64,000 nt of DNA from Tubulanus polymorphus (GCF_964204645.1 NC_134025.1:14074001-14138000); one strand, 5' to 3'. Counted from the first letter of the stretch, positions 1-10,312 are shown. The notes: generated by a model from the sequence alone, not told the origin. Program-made: numbers and translations.

Positions 1-4
1 TTTA

Positions 5-343
5 TCAATCAAAAAAATTACTATCATCAAAATATTTAGTTAACTTATTTATGATTAATTCAACATTTATTTCATTACTAGTTTTATGATTATCATATAT
101 TTTGGATAATATGTTTTTGATATCTTCAATAATTCCATCTTCATTTAATTCATAATATTCTAAAGGTGATTTAATTAAATCAATTACTTTTTCTATATTA
201 TACTTTTCTTTATCAATCATTGACACATTGTTAAATGATTTACTTTTTATATCAGTAATTACATCATTTAGTTTAATTCTCATTTCTTTACCATGTTTAA
301 AATCAAACCCAAAACATATACTCGGTCCAACAGTTATATTCAT
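5..343 (-). CDS. Hypothetical Polinton protein, 112 aa
   Basis: Clean ORF directly downstream of the penton-like gene, preceded by TTTTT..TATAAATG like its neighbours; no motif recognised. Confidence 0.6.
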   Translation of the reverse strand: MNITVGPSICFGFDFKHGKEMRIKLNDVITDIKSKSFNNVSMIDKEKYNIEKVIDLIKSPLEYYELNEDGIIEDIKNILSKIYDNHKTSNEINVELIINKLTKYFDDSNFFD

Positions 344-359
344 TTATATAGGTGAAAAA

Positions 360-1118
360 TTACTCTTTACATCTTATAACTAATTCATAAATTACAGGAA
401 AGTTATTTAAATCAATTAAGTATCCATTATGATTTCTAATTTCTAATCTAAAATTATTAAAACTAGGAATGCATGGTTTGAAATCACATTCTGTTAAATT
501 ATAATTTATTTGCGTTCCAAATTGTTTAACATTCTTCAATGGTAAAATGTTTAGTAAACCAGAATTACAAGTTATATCTTTAGTTGCTTCGAATGTTTTT
601 GTAGGATCGATTAAATTGCAATAAATATAAAAGTGTGTGTAAGGTATTAAGTTTGGTGTAACTTCTACGTTTCCTGTAGCAGTAAATGGTTTAATTCCTA
701 ACATTTTAGCTAATGGTTTGTTTACCATAAATGCTTGTTTGTTTCCTTCATCTAACTTTATTTTAATTTTATCAGAACTATCACTTTTTATGAATCTAAT
801 TAAAAATTTATCTTCACTTCTAAGTTTTAATCGTGCTCTTTTATTAATTTCTTGAGCTAATGTTTCTAAATTATATAATCCTGGTTTTAATAATAGATTA
901 TACCATTTATCTATATTTTCTACATAAATCATAAACAATCTATGTTCAATACTTTTATCCGATACATTGTAAAAAGAATTACATAAACTTATATTTACTA
1001 ATTTCAAATCAACGCAATTCTTAAATTCTCTATCTAATTGTACTAATAAATTATGAGATTTATAATTTATAAGTTTTCTAGAATCAACAAATATTCTGTA
1101 TTCTTTTAATTCTACCAT
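360..1118 (-). CDS. Putative minor capsid (penton) protein of Polinton/adintovirus type
   Basis: 252 aa with N-terminal IFVDS, LKPGLYN, YIYCNLID, LLNILPL and C-terminal RLEIRNHNGYLIDLNNFPVIYELVIR, a pattern typical of Polinton single jelly-roll mCP. Confidence 0.7.
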   Translation of the reverse strand: MVELKEYRIFVDSRKLINYKSHNLLVQLDREFKNCVDLKLVNISLCNSFYNVSDKSIEHRLFMIYVENIDKWYNLLLKPGLYNLETLAQEINKRARLKLRSEDKFLIRFIKSDSSDKIKIKLDEGNKQAFMVNKPLAKMLGIKPFTATGNVEVTPNLIPYTHFYIYCNLIDPTKTFEATKDITCNSGLLNILPLKNVKQFGTQINYNLTECDFKPCIPSFNNFRLEIRNHNGYLIDLNNFPVIYELVIRCKE

Positions 1119-1186
1119 TATTTATAACATAAAAAAATTACCGCTCATCACTAAAAATTAATTTTAATAAAATTTTTCCTTAATAA

Positions 1187-2506
1187 ATGGATGAGAAGAT
1201 AGCATGCGAAATTTGTGGTGAACTTCTAAGAAAAAGTAATAAGTCTCGACATATGAAAAAACATGATGAAAATTATAAACCCCCTAAAATAAACTGTCCA
1301 AATTGTAATAAAACATTCTCTAGAAATTATTTCAAAAAACATTCGGAGAAGTGTAAAAAAAATAACTTAATAGTTAATGTTGATAGTAACGAAAGTAATA
1401 ATAATTCTGTTGAAGTTGAACCTGAAATTATTTGGAAAAGACCTTTCTTATTCTATGATAAGGATAATATAAAAGATCATTTCTGTGAGCCTTGTCGAAT
1501 AAAATATAACCCTGAAAATATAGAAGATTGGGAGAATCATCAATTTCATAAAGTACATATAGATAAAATTTCTAATAAATTTGAAGCAGAATTCAATGAA
1601 AGAAAAAATAATTTATTAGAAAAAATAAAATATGAGAAAACGTTACCAGATAATAAAGAAACAGTTGAAAAGTTAGAAAAACAATATAATGAATTAACAA
1701 GAAAAACATATTATTGTAAATATTGTAAATTGATTATTACAACAAGTAATTCAAATCTACATAATAGAACAATAAAACATAAAGAAAACGTAAGAAAATA
1801 CCAAGAGCTTAATGAAGATCTATTACCAGTAAATTATAAACAAAAATGCCCACAATGTATTTATGTGACCTTAAGGCAAGAAGGTACTGTGTTATTTTGT
1901 GTTGATTGTGGATGGCAAAGGAATTTATGGGGTGAAGAAAAAACTAGAAATTTTCTTATAGAACCAAAATTAAATTATCTTGATGAAATCTTTAAAATAT
2001 TTTCTATAGAAGATCATACACCAGAATATATGCAATGGCTTGAAAAAATGAAAATAATAGAAAATAAAAATGGTGAAATAACTAAAAAAGATATTATAAA
2101 AACAATTATTCCACCAACATTTAACACAAAACAAAAGAAAATGTATTTATATTTATTATTTAACGATTATTATGAAAAACCTTATGAAAAATTAACAGAA
2201 GAAGATATGGAAAATATAAAAAAATTATTTAAACAAATATTAATGTATCATTTGGAAAATAGAATAACAGATTCAATAAATTATGAATTCTTTTTAAATA
2301 AGATTGTAAATTATTTAAACCTAGATATTATAATTCCATTTGATGAATTAACAAACAAAAAGAAACAAAGAGAGCGAGATGAAATGTGGAACAAGATAGA
2401 ACTTTATTTAAATGAGAAAAATGGAATGGAAGAAGAACCTGAACAATTAAATGAAAATGAAGAAGCCAATAGTGATTTCGAGTTTGATGATATAGATCCA
2501 TTTTAA
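1187..2506 (+). CDS. Multi zinc-finger protein, 439 aa, acidic C-tail
   Basis: CEICGELLRKSNKSRHMKKH, CPNCNKTFSRNYFKKHSEKC, CEPC..HQFHKVH, YYCKYCK..HNRTIKH, CPQC..CVDC. Stop codon overlaps the polB stop (TTAA at 2503-2506). Confidence 0.75.
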   Translation: MDEKIACEICGELLRKSNKSRHMKKHDENYKPPKINCPNCNKTFSRNYFKKHSEKCKKNNLIVNVDSNESNNNSVEVEPEIIWKRPFLFYDKDNIKDHFCEPCRIKYNPENIEDWENHQFHKVHIDKISNKFEAEFNERKNNLLEKIKYEKTLPDNKETVEKLEKQYNELTRKTYYCKYCKLIITTSNSNLHNRTIKHKENVRKYQELNEDLLPVNYKQKCPQCIYVTLRQEGTVLFCVDCGWQRNLWGEEKTRNFLIEPKLNYLDEIFKIFSIEDHTPEYMQWLEKMKIIENKNGEITKKDIIKTIIPPTFNTKQKKMYLYLLFNDYYEKPYEKLTEEDMENIKKLFKQILMYHLENRITDSINYEFFLNKIVNYLNLDIIIPFDELTNKKKQRERDEMWNKIELYLNEKNGMEEEPEQLNENEEANSDFEFDDIDPF

Positions 2507-5500
2507 TAACCATAAGGTAATGTTTTTATACCATCATCTGAAATATGCCTTTTATCATCAAATGGATTTAAACTAGTTTTTTCAACTTCATTAATGTACA
2601 TCTCATGATCTTCTGATCTTAAACAATTCATCTTGTGTTTCATTACAATTGATTTATATAAACACTTTATATAATCTTGAAATTCTATATGTTTATCAAC
2701 CACATGTTTTGTTATTCCTTTTAACTTTTTAGCTTCATGATCTTTTGTTCTGTAACTATACATTTTACTTCTTATCCCAACAAATTCAATCATTTCATCA
2801 CCTCCTAATTCATCTTTAAACTTACCAGGAATCTTTTTATTATCATTGCTAAATAGTTCATGATCTTTAGGATAATTGCTAAAATCAAAATGATGTTTTA
2901 ATGTTTTTAAGTCTTTTGTTATGTCATTTGTCTTGATTTTTAGTATGTACGCATCCGTATTTTTTTGTATTAATGGGAACCCAGAATTGAATGTTCCATC
3001 ATCTGTTGATAAATCATAAACATAGTCAGTTGGGTTATATATTTCAAATAAATCTTTAACTTCTTCAGTTAAATCTTTTTCTACATGCCTTAAATTAAAA
3101 CAATTTGGTTTAGATTTAATTAATTCTATATTCATATTAAATCCTAATGAACTACATAATATATTTAATCCTGATATAGCAACTTTTCCTTTTTGAGCAA
3201 AGGATATTGTTTTGCGGTTTTGGAAACTTTTTGAACCATCTGCTGCATAGAATCCAATGAAGAACCATTTTCTAAGATTATATTCTGAATTTAATATATA
3301 ATCTGGTACTATTTTTTCTTTAGTTGAAGTATTACTTTTCACTATTGTATGAATATAGAATTCATTATTATATTCTATAGCAAAATCTTTAGGATTATTT
3401 ACAAGTATTCTATAAACTGCTGATGATTTCATAACATCCATGATTCTAAATGTTTTATGTGAATAAACTTCTTCACAGAATTTCTTAATTCTTTCTAATA
3501 ATTTTAAGTCTTGATTGCATAAATACCAACAATATTTATTACCCCAAACATATTTATACACTCCTGCTGAACCATCACCCATGAAAAATCCTTTGATAAA
3601 ATATTCTTTTTCTTCTAATGTTTCAGGTTCTATATTATAAATATTATCAATTATTTCATCAAATGACATATGATTCATTCTTTGGAAAAATCTTTTATGT
3701 AATAATTCATCTCCAATTTTTATATCAGTTGGTTTTATTTTATTACCATTTTGTTTAATTAAACTATGGTCTCCGGTGCAATCTACAAATCCTAATTTAG
3801 TTCTAACTCTATAGATTTTCTTATTTGTTTTATGTCTAATAATATTCTTTAATTTTTTCCATCCATTTCTTGTCCAAACATCCATTAATCCATTTATTTG
3901 TATTAATTCTTTTTCACCATATGAAATATAATATTCATTTTGTTTTGGAATTATTTCTGAAATTCTTCTTACCAATATTTTATTATTACATTTTAATAAT
4001 ATTGGGGTGTCAGCCGTTACAGAATCGAAGTACAGAATTTCTATATGTTTTTCCCCAAACAATGGTTGTAAAACATTGTAATAAAAATTATACATTAGTA
4101 ATTTTGAAATTTCTAAAACGGTTGAACCTATAAATATAGGTTTATTGAATTTCATGGACGTTCTTTTTAATTTAACTGCTGTTAAATAATCTTCAAATCT
4201 TTTATTTCCTAAATGTCTAGGACTTGATTGTAAATGTCTTAATCTTTCAGAATTATTTACTAATTCAATATCATTTCTATTTCTAATATTTTCACATGTT
4301 TTACCATAAAAACTATTATTCATTAATTTGAAGAAATCTTTTTCAAAATCTGTTTTTGATATGGTTCTCTGTTGAGTATTGAAATCTATATATTTTTCTA
4401 ACCACTTCGATTGATTAAATTCAATATATCTATGTACTTTCTTTAATTTCATTCCTTGTTTTAGATAAAATTTTAACATTCTATAATGAACAATATAATT
4501 GTATTTATTATTTTGAGTAAGTATTAATTTTTCTGTAAAAACATGATCTTTCGGTTTTATTTTCTTCTGGTATTCACTTAAATAACTATCATCTACAGTT
4601 AAATGTTCTGGGCAATAAGGTAAGTTTCTTGTTTTAAACTTTATATTTTCAGGATATTCTAAATCAACTACAAAGAAATAACCAATTGGTGCTTCATCTT
4701 TTAAACTCGCAATTGCGCTTTCCCAATCAGTTTTATCACCATTTTCAACTTCTGTTAATATAAAATTTTTATATGGTTGAGGTTGCATCATTGCCCAACC
4801 ATATAAATTATTGGCGTCAATATATAATAATTTATATTCATCATTTGCTTTAAAATACCTATCTCCCATAACACCACTAATTCCACCTCTAATTGATTTT
4901 TCAAATAATAAAACCATATCTGGTTCTTTTAATAAATCTAATTCTACATTTGTATATTTTAAACCACATTGCCAGGTTAAACCAGGACTAGAGTAGCAAT
5001 AACAAGGATCAACATTAAAATGATTCAAATTAACTTCTCTAAATTTTTCAAATATGTCAGCTAATATCATAACATCTGATTTTAAATATAAATCAACTAA
5101 TTCACCATGATTTTTCATATTAAAATGGTTCCAAATATTTAATGTTCTATCAAAAACTTCGTCTTTCACATACTCCTCTTTTAATTTATCATAAAATTGA
5201 TCTTTTAATAATTCTATTACATTAAAATCATCATGTGTTTTATAAAATGAATAAGGAATTGCGCCTTTATATCTCAATAATTTAAAATCTTGTTCATTTG
5301 GATAATAATATCGAGTTATAACAAAATCATTATCAACTAAACTTTTTGATAAATTATCTAATGAACTTGCTAGAAATCTATAAGAATCTAAAAATCTAAT
5401 GCAACCAAATTGAAATGAAATATAATTTTCAGATGTTTTAGCTAATAGTTTAAAATCATATTTTCTTACATTTGCTTCATTCATAGCATTATATTCTTCT

Positions 5501-7566
5501 ATTTCTTGATTAATTGCACCCAATTTTCCTGATAATTGTTTTATAAATAGATGGGTATCATATCCTGATAAATTATGAAATAATATTGGTACAAAATTTA
5601 CTTTTTTAGCTTGTAAATTGCAATCTTCATGAGCAGCTCCACGATATTTTGAATTTAAATGATTATGATCTCTAACTCTTTTATCAAATGAATAAAAACG
5701 TTTTTCACAATAACAACAATGAGTTGCATAATTAAAATCAATTTCATCTTCTTTTGTCATAACTATTCTTTTATTTTTGTTTAATAATTTTGCAAAATCA
5801 CTTTCTAATTCAATAATTTTATCACAAAAATCATTAACTACATTTTCACCTCTAAAAGAAATATATTGACTTTCATATAATTCGGGATAATTTGATTTTA
5901 TGTAAATTCCATAAGCAGCAGCTCTTTGATGAACTTTTTTAATTGTATTTATAATTGGTGGGTCTTGTATTGTGTCTTCATTTAATTCATTTCCTTTGTC
6001 CATTGATTTTAATAATTGCTTTTTGTTATATATTTCTTTTCTATCTTGATCAGTTAATTCTTTATTCAACGATTCAAAATCCCCATAAATTACAAATGGA
6101 ACAATATTCTTAAATTTATGATTAGTAAATTTCAATTTATAATCTTTTTCTGTTGGCATTATTAATTTACAAAAATCTTTATTATCACATAATTCTTTAT
6201 GTTTTAATAATGTATTCTCAGTCATAAATTTAGATAAACATTTTCTACATAGATAAATTTTATTATGATGATCACTTTCTGTTCTAAAGAATAAATCAAT
6301 TTGTTTTAACCACATATAATGTTCATTTTCATCTTTTTTGTAATATAACAAATCTATAGCATTTTCATCATCATAATATTCTGTTAAATATAAAGCTTCC
6401 AATGTATAATCTTTAATATTTTCACCTTTTGTCTTTGGTAATTGCATTAATTCGAATACATTTATTTTTAAATTATTAACTTTTTCTATTTTAGGAATCA
6501 TTTTTATAGTTACTGGATATTGATCAATTTTATATAATGTTTCATATTTCCGATAATCTGTTATTCTACAAACATTTTCCTGTGTTGGATGTAAACAACT
6601 AATAATTGACCATAGAAAACATTTATTATCTTCATTTTGAACATTTATTACTGCTTTTGTTGTAAACGGTAATTTGATATAACTTGATGCTTTCATATCC
6701 TTTTCTGTTGTAAAGTTTGAATCATTTTTAAACATTTTATTACTTTTTGATGTTTTATTCCTTTTTGAATTATAAACATTTAAATCTAAATATATAATTT
6801 CATTCAATGTTAAGCCAGAACCCTCAAAATATCTTTCTTCAATATGACGTTTAAATTCATTTAATATTTTTTCTAACTTCTCTTTTATTTGTGTTTTTGA
6901 AATTATTTCTTCAGAGTGTGTTTGAATATTATAATCCATTTTTTCTTCTGACTTTATAAAACTTACTTTCCCAGAGATACTAATTTTTGGATATTCAACA
7001 TCTGTTATCAAATCTAGTAATTTTTCTATTATTTCATTAAATGTACTATAATCTTCTATTGTTGTACCTTTAAAAAATCTAAATATAATAGCTGCAGGAC
7101 CAATTTTACTATGTAATGTTTCTAAGATTTCAATTGTATCTTTTATTTCTAGTGAATCAATATAATTTCTAACATTTTCCATGTAAGGTTTATTTGAAAT
7201 GGATTTAGTTTTTGAAGTTGATTCTTTTACTTGTTGAGGTTTATCATCAAAATAATCTATTCCTAAAACATTATTTCTCAAATTTTGACGGTGTTTTTCT
7301 GTTTCGAGATGTCTATTATAATTCCTTTTTGTTATAAATTCATCACAAACTTCACATTTTATTTCATTCACATTCATATTTTCTAATCGTTCTTTTCTTT
7401 CATTGGAATTTTCTGGAGTTTCAAAATCTATTACATTTTTTATATGATTTGCAGTTTTTTCATGTCGTGTTTTATTAGATGTATCGATGTATTTTTTACA
7501 ATATTGACAATAATATTGATTTTTATTGACATTATTGTTTTCTAGTTGGTGTTCATTCTCCCCCAT
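2503..7566 (-). CDS. polB: Protein-primed family B DNA polymerase (pPolB) precursor with intein
   Basis: ExoI VIYGDFES, ExoII FHNLSGYD, ExoIII YLKSDV, motif A YIDANNLYG, motif B KLMNNSFYGK, motif C YFD/TDA split by an insert, KLKGI. Endonuclease VII-like insert (CCYC..RDHNH..YRGAAHEDCN). N-terminal CFLWS..HYMW resembles the vOTU region; two N-terminal C2H2-like fingers. ORF uninterrupted over 1687 aa. Confidence 0.95.
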   Translation of the reverse strand: MGENEHQLENNNVNKNQYYCQYCKKYIDTSNKTRHEKTANHIKNVIDFETPENSNERKERLENMNVNEIKCEVCDEFITKRNYNRHLETEKHRQNLRNNVLGIDYFDDKPQQVKESTSKTKSISNKPYMENVRNYIDSLEIKDTIEILETLHSKIGPAAIIFRFFKGTTIEDYSTFNEIIEKLLDLITDVEYPKISISGKVSFIKSEEKMDYNIQTHSEEIISKTQIKEKLEKILNEFKRHIEERYFEGSGLTLNEIIYLDLNVYNSKRNKTSKSNKMFKNDSNFTTEKDMKASSYIKLPFTTKAVINVQNEDNKCFLWSIISCLHPTQENVCRITDYRKYETLYKIDQYPVTIKMIPKIEKVNNLKINVFELMQLPKTKGENIKDYTLEALYLTEYYDDENAIDLLYYKKDENEHYMWLKQIDLFFRTESDHHNKIYLCRKCLSKFMTENTLLKHKELCDNKDFCKLIMPTEKDYKLKFTNHKFKNIVPFVIYGDFESLNKELTDQDRKEIYNKKQLLKSMDKGNELNEDTIQDPPIINTIKKVHQRAAAYGIYIKSNYPELYESQYISFRGENVVNDFCDKIIELESDFAKLLNKNKRIVMTKEDEIDFNYATHCCYCEKRFYSFDKRVRDHNHLNSKYRGAAHEDCNLQAKKVNFVPILFHNLSGYDTHLFIKQLSGKLGAINQEIEEYNAMNEANVRKYDFKLLAKTSENYISFQFGCIRFLDSYRFLASSLDNLSKSLVDNDFVITRYYYPNEQDFKLLRYKGAIPYSFYKTHDDFNVIELLKDQFYDKLKEEYVKDEVFDRTLNIWNHFNMKNHGELVDLYLKSDVMILADIFEKFREVNLNHFNVDPCYCYSSPGLTWQCGLKYTNVELDLLKEPDMVLLFEKSIRGGISGVMGDRYFKANDEYKLLYIDANNLYGWAMMQPQPYKNFILTEVENGDKTDWESAIASLKDEAPIGYFFVVDLEYPENIKFKTRNLPYCPEHLTVDDSYLSEYQKKIKPKDHVFTEKLILTQNNKYNYIVHYRMLKFYLKQGMKLKKVHRYIEFNQSKWLEKYIDFNTQQRTISKTDFEKDFFKLMNNSFYGKTCENIRNRNDIELVNNSERLRHLQSSPRHLGNKRFEDYLTAVKLKRTSMKFNKPIFIGSTVLEISKLLMYNFYYNVLQPLFGEKHIEILYFDSVTADTPILLKCNNKILVRRISEIIPKQNEYYISYGEKELIQINGLMDVWTRNGWKKLKNIIRHKTNKKIYRVRTKLGFVDCTGDHSLIKQNGNKIKPTDIKIGDELLHKRFFQRMNHMSFDEIIDNIYNIEPETLEEKEYFIKGFFMGDGSAGVYKYVWGNKYCWYLCNQDLKLLERIKKFCEEVYSHKTFRIMDVMKSSAVYRILVNNPKDFAIEYNNEFYIHTIVKSNTSTKEKIVPDYILNSEYNLRKWFFIGFYAADGSKSFQNRKTISFAQKGKVAISGLNILCSSLGFNMNIELIKSKPNCFNLRHVEKDLTEEVKDLFEIYNPTDYVYDLSTDDGTFNSGFPLIQKNTDAYILKIKTNDITKDLKTLKHHFDFSNYPKDHELFSNDNKKIPGKFKDELGGDEMIEFVGIRSKMYSYRTKDHEAKKLKGITKHVVDKHIEFQDYIKCLYKSIVMKHKMNCLRSEDHEMYINEVEKTSLNPFDDKRHISDDGIKTLPYGY
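2959..4023 (-). mobile_element. Intein (355 aa, residues 1182-1536) with LAGLIDADG homing endonuclease
   Basis: Block A SVTADTPILL, block B CTGDHSL, LAGLIDADG-like GFFMGDGS and GFYAADGS, block F VYDLST, C-terminal ..IQKN followed by extein +1 Thr. Removing it restores YFD-TDAY. Confidence 0.93.
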
Positions 7567-7569
7567 TTA

Positions 7570-7632
7570 TTAGGAAAAAAAATTACTTGTGGTGATGAGT
7601 GTTAGGAAAAAAATTACTTGTGGTGATGAGTG
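7570..7632 (-). promoter_or_regulatory. Tandem ~31-bp duplication immediately upstream of polB containing CTCATCAC
   Basis: ttaggaaaaaaaattacttgtggtgatgagtg x2; CTCATCAC also occurs at 1144-1151 between the divergent penton and ZnF genes. Confidence 0.45.
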
Positions 7633-7846
7633 GTGTCTCGTCCTCTCGTCCTCTGATCTGAAAGCCTACTTTTCTAATTACTAAAGCGTTTTATGTAATT
7701 GTGGAAAATATTATACTCGAAGCAATAAACCACACCATCTTAAATCAAAATATCATAACTCAAAAGTAATTATTCAACTCTAAATATTCAAAATAAGATA
7801 TTTCAAATTACTTATCTTATCATTCTTTTAATTTTTTCTTAAATAA

Positions 7847-8044
7847 ATGGATGGTTTCATCCAAACTGGGAAAAGTGATTTGAAACATTACCTTGTAGCA
7901 GGAGGGTTAATATTGGCGGCATTATACTTTTACTATGAAAATATTTCAAAAGATTTGATGAATGAAAATAATAAATTGAGTAAAGAATTAAAGAAGTTAA
8001 ATGGAAACAATCACAGAAATAAAAAGAATAAAAAGTTAATTTAG
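7847..8044 (+). pseudogene. Frameshift-truncated copy of the 77-aa small membrane protein
   Basis: Nearly identical to 10079..10312 but loses the C-terminal VNLENDLEDLNSIF through a 1-bp deletion in an A-run. Confidence 0.65.
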
Positions 8045-8102
8045 AAAATGATTTAGAGGATTAAAACAGCATCTTTTAATTTCATATATTTTGACTATAA
8101 AA

Positions 8103-8405
8103 ATGAGTGAAAATATATTAAACTTATTACATCTAATATATAAAAATCAACAGAATATTAAATCAGTTATTATGCTTACAGGTTTATTTTCTTTTTCAAT
8201 TTATAGTATAAAACAGTTGTTAGAATTCTATGATAGTTGTAAAATTAGATATACAGAATTGAAAGATAATATAAATTATATTTCAGATAGATTGAATAAT
8301 ATTAATTGTTGTGAAATTTGTAATAAAAGATATAAAAATAAAAAGAGTTTGAGAAATCATAAATATATTCATGAATTAGATGATAAACTGTATAATTCAA
8401 ATTAA
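8103..8405 (+). CDS. Small protein: hydrophobic segment + coiled coil + C2H2 finger (duplicate copy)
   Basis: ATG at 8103 in a TATAAAAATG context; CEICNKRYKNKKSLRNHKYIH. Confidence 0.65.
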   Translation: MSENILNLLHLIYKNQQNIKSVIMLTGLFSFSIYSIKQLLEFYDSCKIRYTELKDNINYISDRLNNINCCEICNKRYKNKKSLRNHKYIHELDDKLYNSN

Positions 8406-8501
8406 GCAATAGACTGTTAAATTGGCTGAAATATATAAAAATAGATTATATTATAACTATTTCTATATTTAGGTTAATAATTTATATTTATGATTTTTAT
8501 A

Positions 8502-8622
8502 AAAACTAATTTATATATCTATGTACTAGACGTACGAGTAAGAAAGTAAGATTTTTACCAAGAAAGTAAGAATCTTGGATTCTTACTTGTATGTCTCGTA
8601 CTTGGGTATATGAATTAGTTTT
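8502..8622. repeat. Imperfect ~120-bp palindrome, copy 1
   Basis: aactaatttatatatctatgtactagacgtacgagtaagaa ... ttcttacttgtatgtctcgtacttgggtatatgaattagtt. Confidence 0.85.
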
Positions 8623-8765
8623 ATAATAATTATTCTAATAATAATTCTAATATATTTATAAAAATGAAGAAAATTATATGTTTTCACATAATGAAAATGA
8701 AAAATAGATTATATTATAACTATTTCTATACTTAGATTGATAATTTATTCATTTTTATATAATCT

Positions 8766-8892
8766 AAACTAATTTATATATCTAAGTACTAGACGTACGA
8801 GTAAGAAAGTAAGATTCTTGCCAAGAAAGTAAGATTTCTTGGATTCTTGGATTCTTACTCGTACGTCTAGTACATAGATATATAAATAGTTT
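8766..8892. repeat. Near-perfect ~125-bp palindrome, copy 2 (in the IR spacer)
   Basis: tatatatctaagtactagacgtacgagtaagaa ... ttcttactcgtacgtctagtacatagatatata. Confidence 0.85.
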
Positions 8893-9535
8893 TATCATAT
8901 ATTTCTGTTTCAATATTTATTTATCTCACAGATTTATTATAAATATTTGGAAAAGTATAAATCATATTCAATTATATATTTAGATTTATCATTATTAACA
9001 GAGTAATACAATGAACCCACTAGATTGTTAAACTGTTTAAGTATTGAATTGTGTAGATTGTATATTCATAAACTAAATGATAAATCACGAATAAGACTGT
9101 TAAATTAGCTGAAAATATAAAATATGTTTTATTTCTGAAAATGAAGTCACAGAAGTAATGTATGTTTTAATTCATTCAAATATGATATTGTAAATTCTTT
9201 ACATTTGACTAGGATAATACAATAGTGATATTAGTTAGTTGGTTTATTCAATAAGAGAAACAATGAAATAATACAAGAGTGATACTAACAGTTAAAGTTA
9301 TTGAATTTCTTGTTAAATCTATTTGAATTCTAGTCAATTCTTGTTAACCAATAGCGTGAATAGAAATCAAAAGATTTAAATAAAAAAACATAAGTTACTT
9401 TACTTCATGAAAATGAATAAATTATCAATCTAAGTATAGAAATAGTTATAATATAATCTATTTTTCATTATGTGAAAACATATAATTTATTCATTTTCAT
9501 AAATATATTAGAATTATTATTAGAATAATTATTAT

Positions 9536-9655
9536 AAAACTAATTCATATACCCAAGTACGAGACGTACGAGTAAGAATCCAAGATTCTTACTTTCTTGG
9601 TAAGAATCTTACTTTCTTACTCGTACGTCTAGTACATAGATATATAAATCAGTTT
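9536..9655. repeat. Imperfect palindrome, copy 3 (inverse of copy 1)
   Basis: Same GTACTAGACGTACGAGTAAGAA arms and CAAGAAAGTAAGA-type core. Confidence 0.85.
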
Positions 9656-9752
9656 TTATAAAAATCATAAATATAAATTATTAATCTAAATATAGAAATA
9701 GTTATAATATAATCTATTTTTATATATTTCAGCCAATTTAACAGTCTATTGC

Positions 9753-10055
9753 TTAATTTGAATTATACAGTTTATCATCTAATTCATGAATATATTTATG
9801 ATTTCTCAAACTCTTTTTATTTTTATATCTTTTATTACAAATTTCACAACACTTAATATTATTCAATCTATCTGAAATATAATTTATATTATCTTTCAAT
9901 TCTGTATATCTAATTTTACAACTATCATAGAATTCTAACAACTGTTTTTTACTATAAATTGAAAAAGAAAATAAACCTGTAAGCATAATAATTGATTTAA
10001 TATTCTGTTGATTTTGATATATTAGATGTAATAAGTTTAATATATTTTCACTCAT
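9753..10055 (-). CDS. Small protein: hydrophobic segment + coiled coil + C2H2 finger
   Basis: Paralogue of 8103..8405 with about four amino-acid differences. Confidence 0.65.
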   Translation of the reverse strand: MSENILNLLHLIYQNQQNIKSIIMLTGLFSFSIYSKKQLLEFYDSCKIRYTELKDNINYISDRLNNIKCCEICNKRYKNKKSLRNHKYIHELDDKLYNSN

Positions 10056-10078
10056 TTTTATAGTCAAAATATATGAAA

Positions 10079-10312
10079 TTAAAAGATGCTGTTTAAATCC
10101 TCTAAATCATTTTCTAAATTAACTTTTTTATTCTTTTTATTTCTGTGATTGTTTCCATTTAACTTCTTTAATTTTTTACTCGATTTATTATTTTCATTCA
10201 TCAAATCTTTTGAAATATTTTCATAGTAAAAGTATAATGCAGCCAATATTAACCCTCCTGCTACAAGGTAATGCTTCAAATCACTTTTACCAGTTGGGAT
10301 GAAACCATCCAT
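10079..10312 (-). CDS. 77-aa single-pass membrane protein with basic coiled coil
   Basis: YLVAGGLILAALYFYY hydrophobic stretch; TTTTTTCTTAAATAAATG start context. Confidence 0.65.
   Translation of the reverse strand: MDGFIPTGKSDLKHYLVAGGLILAALYFYYENISKDLMNENNKSSKKLKKLNGNNHRNKKNKKVNLENDLEDLNSIF

Noticed and set aside
2328-4996. Short ORFs 2328..2513, 3870..4133, 4811..4996
   Set aside because: Antisense shadows of long genes, with no motifs
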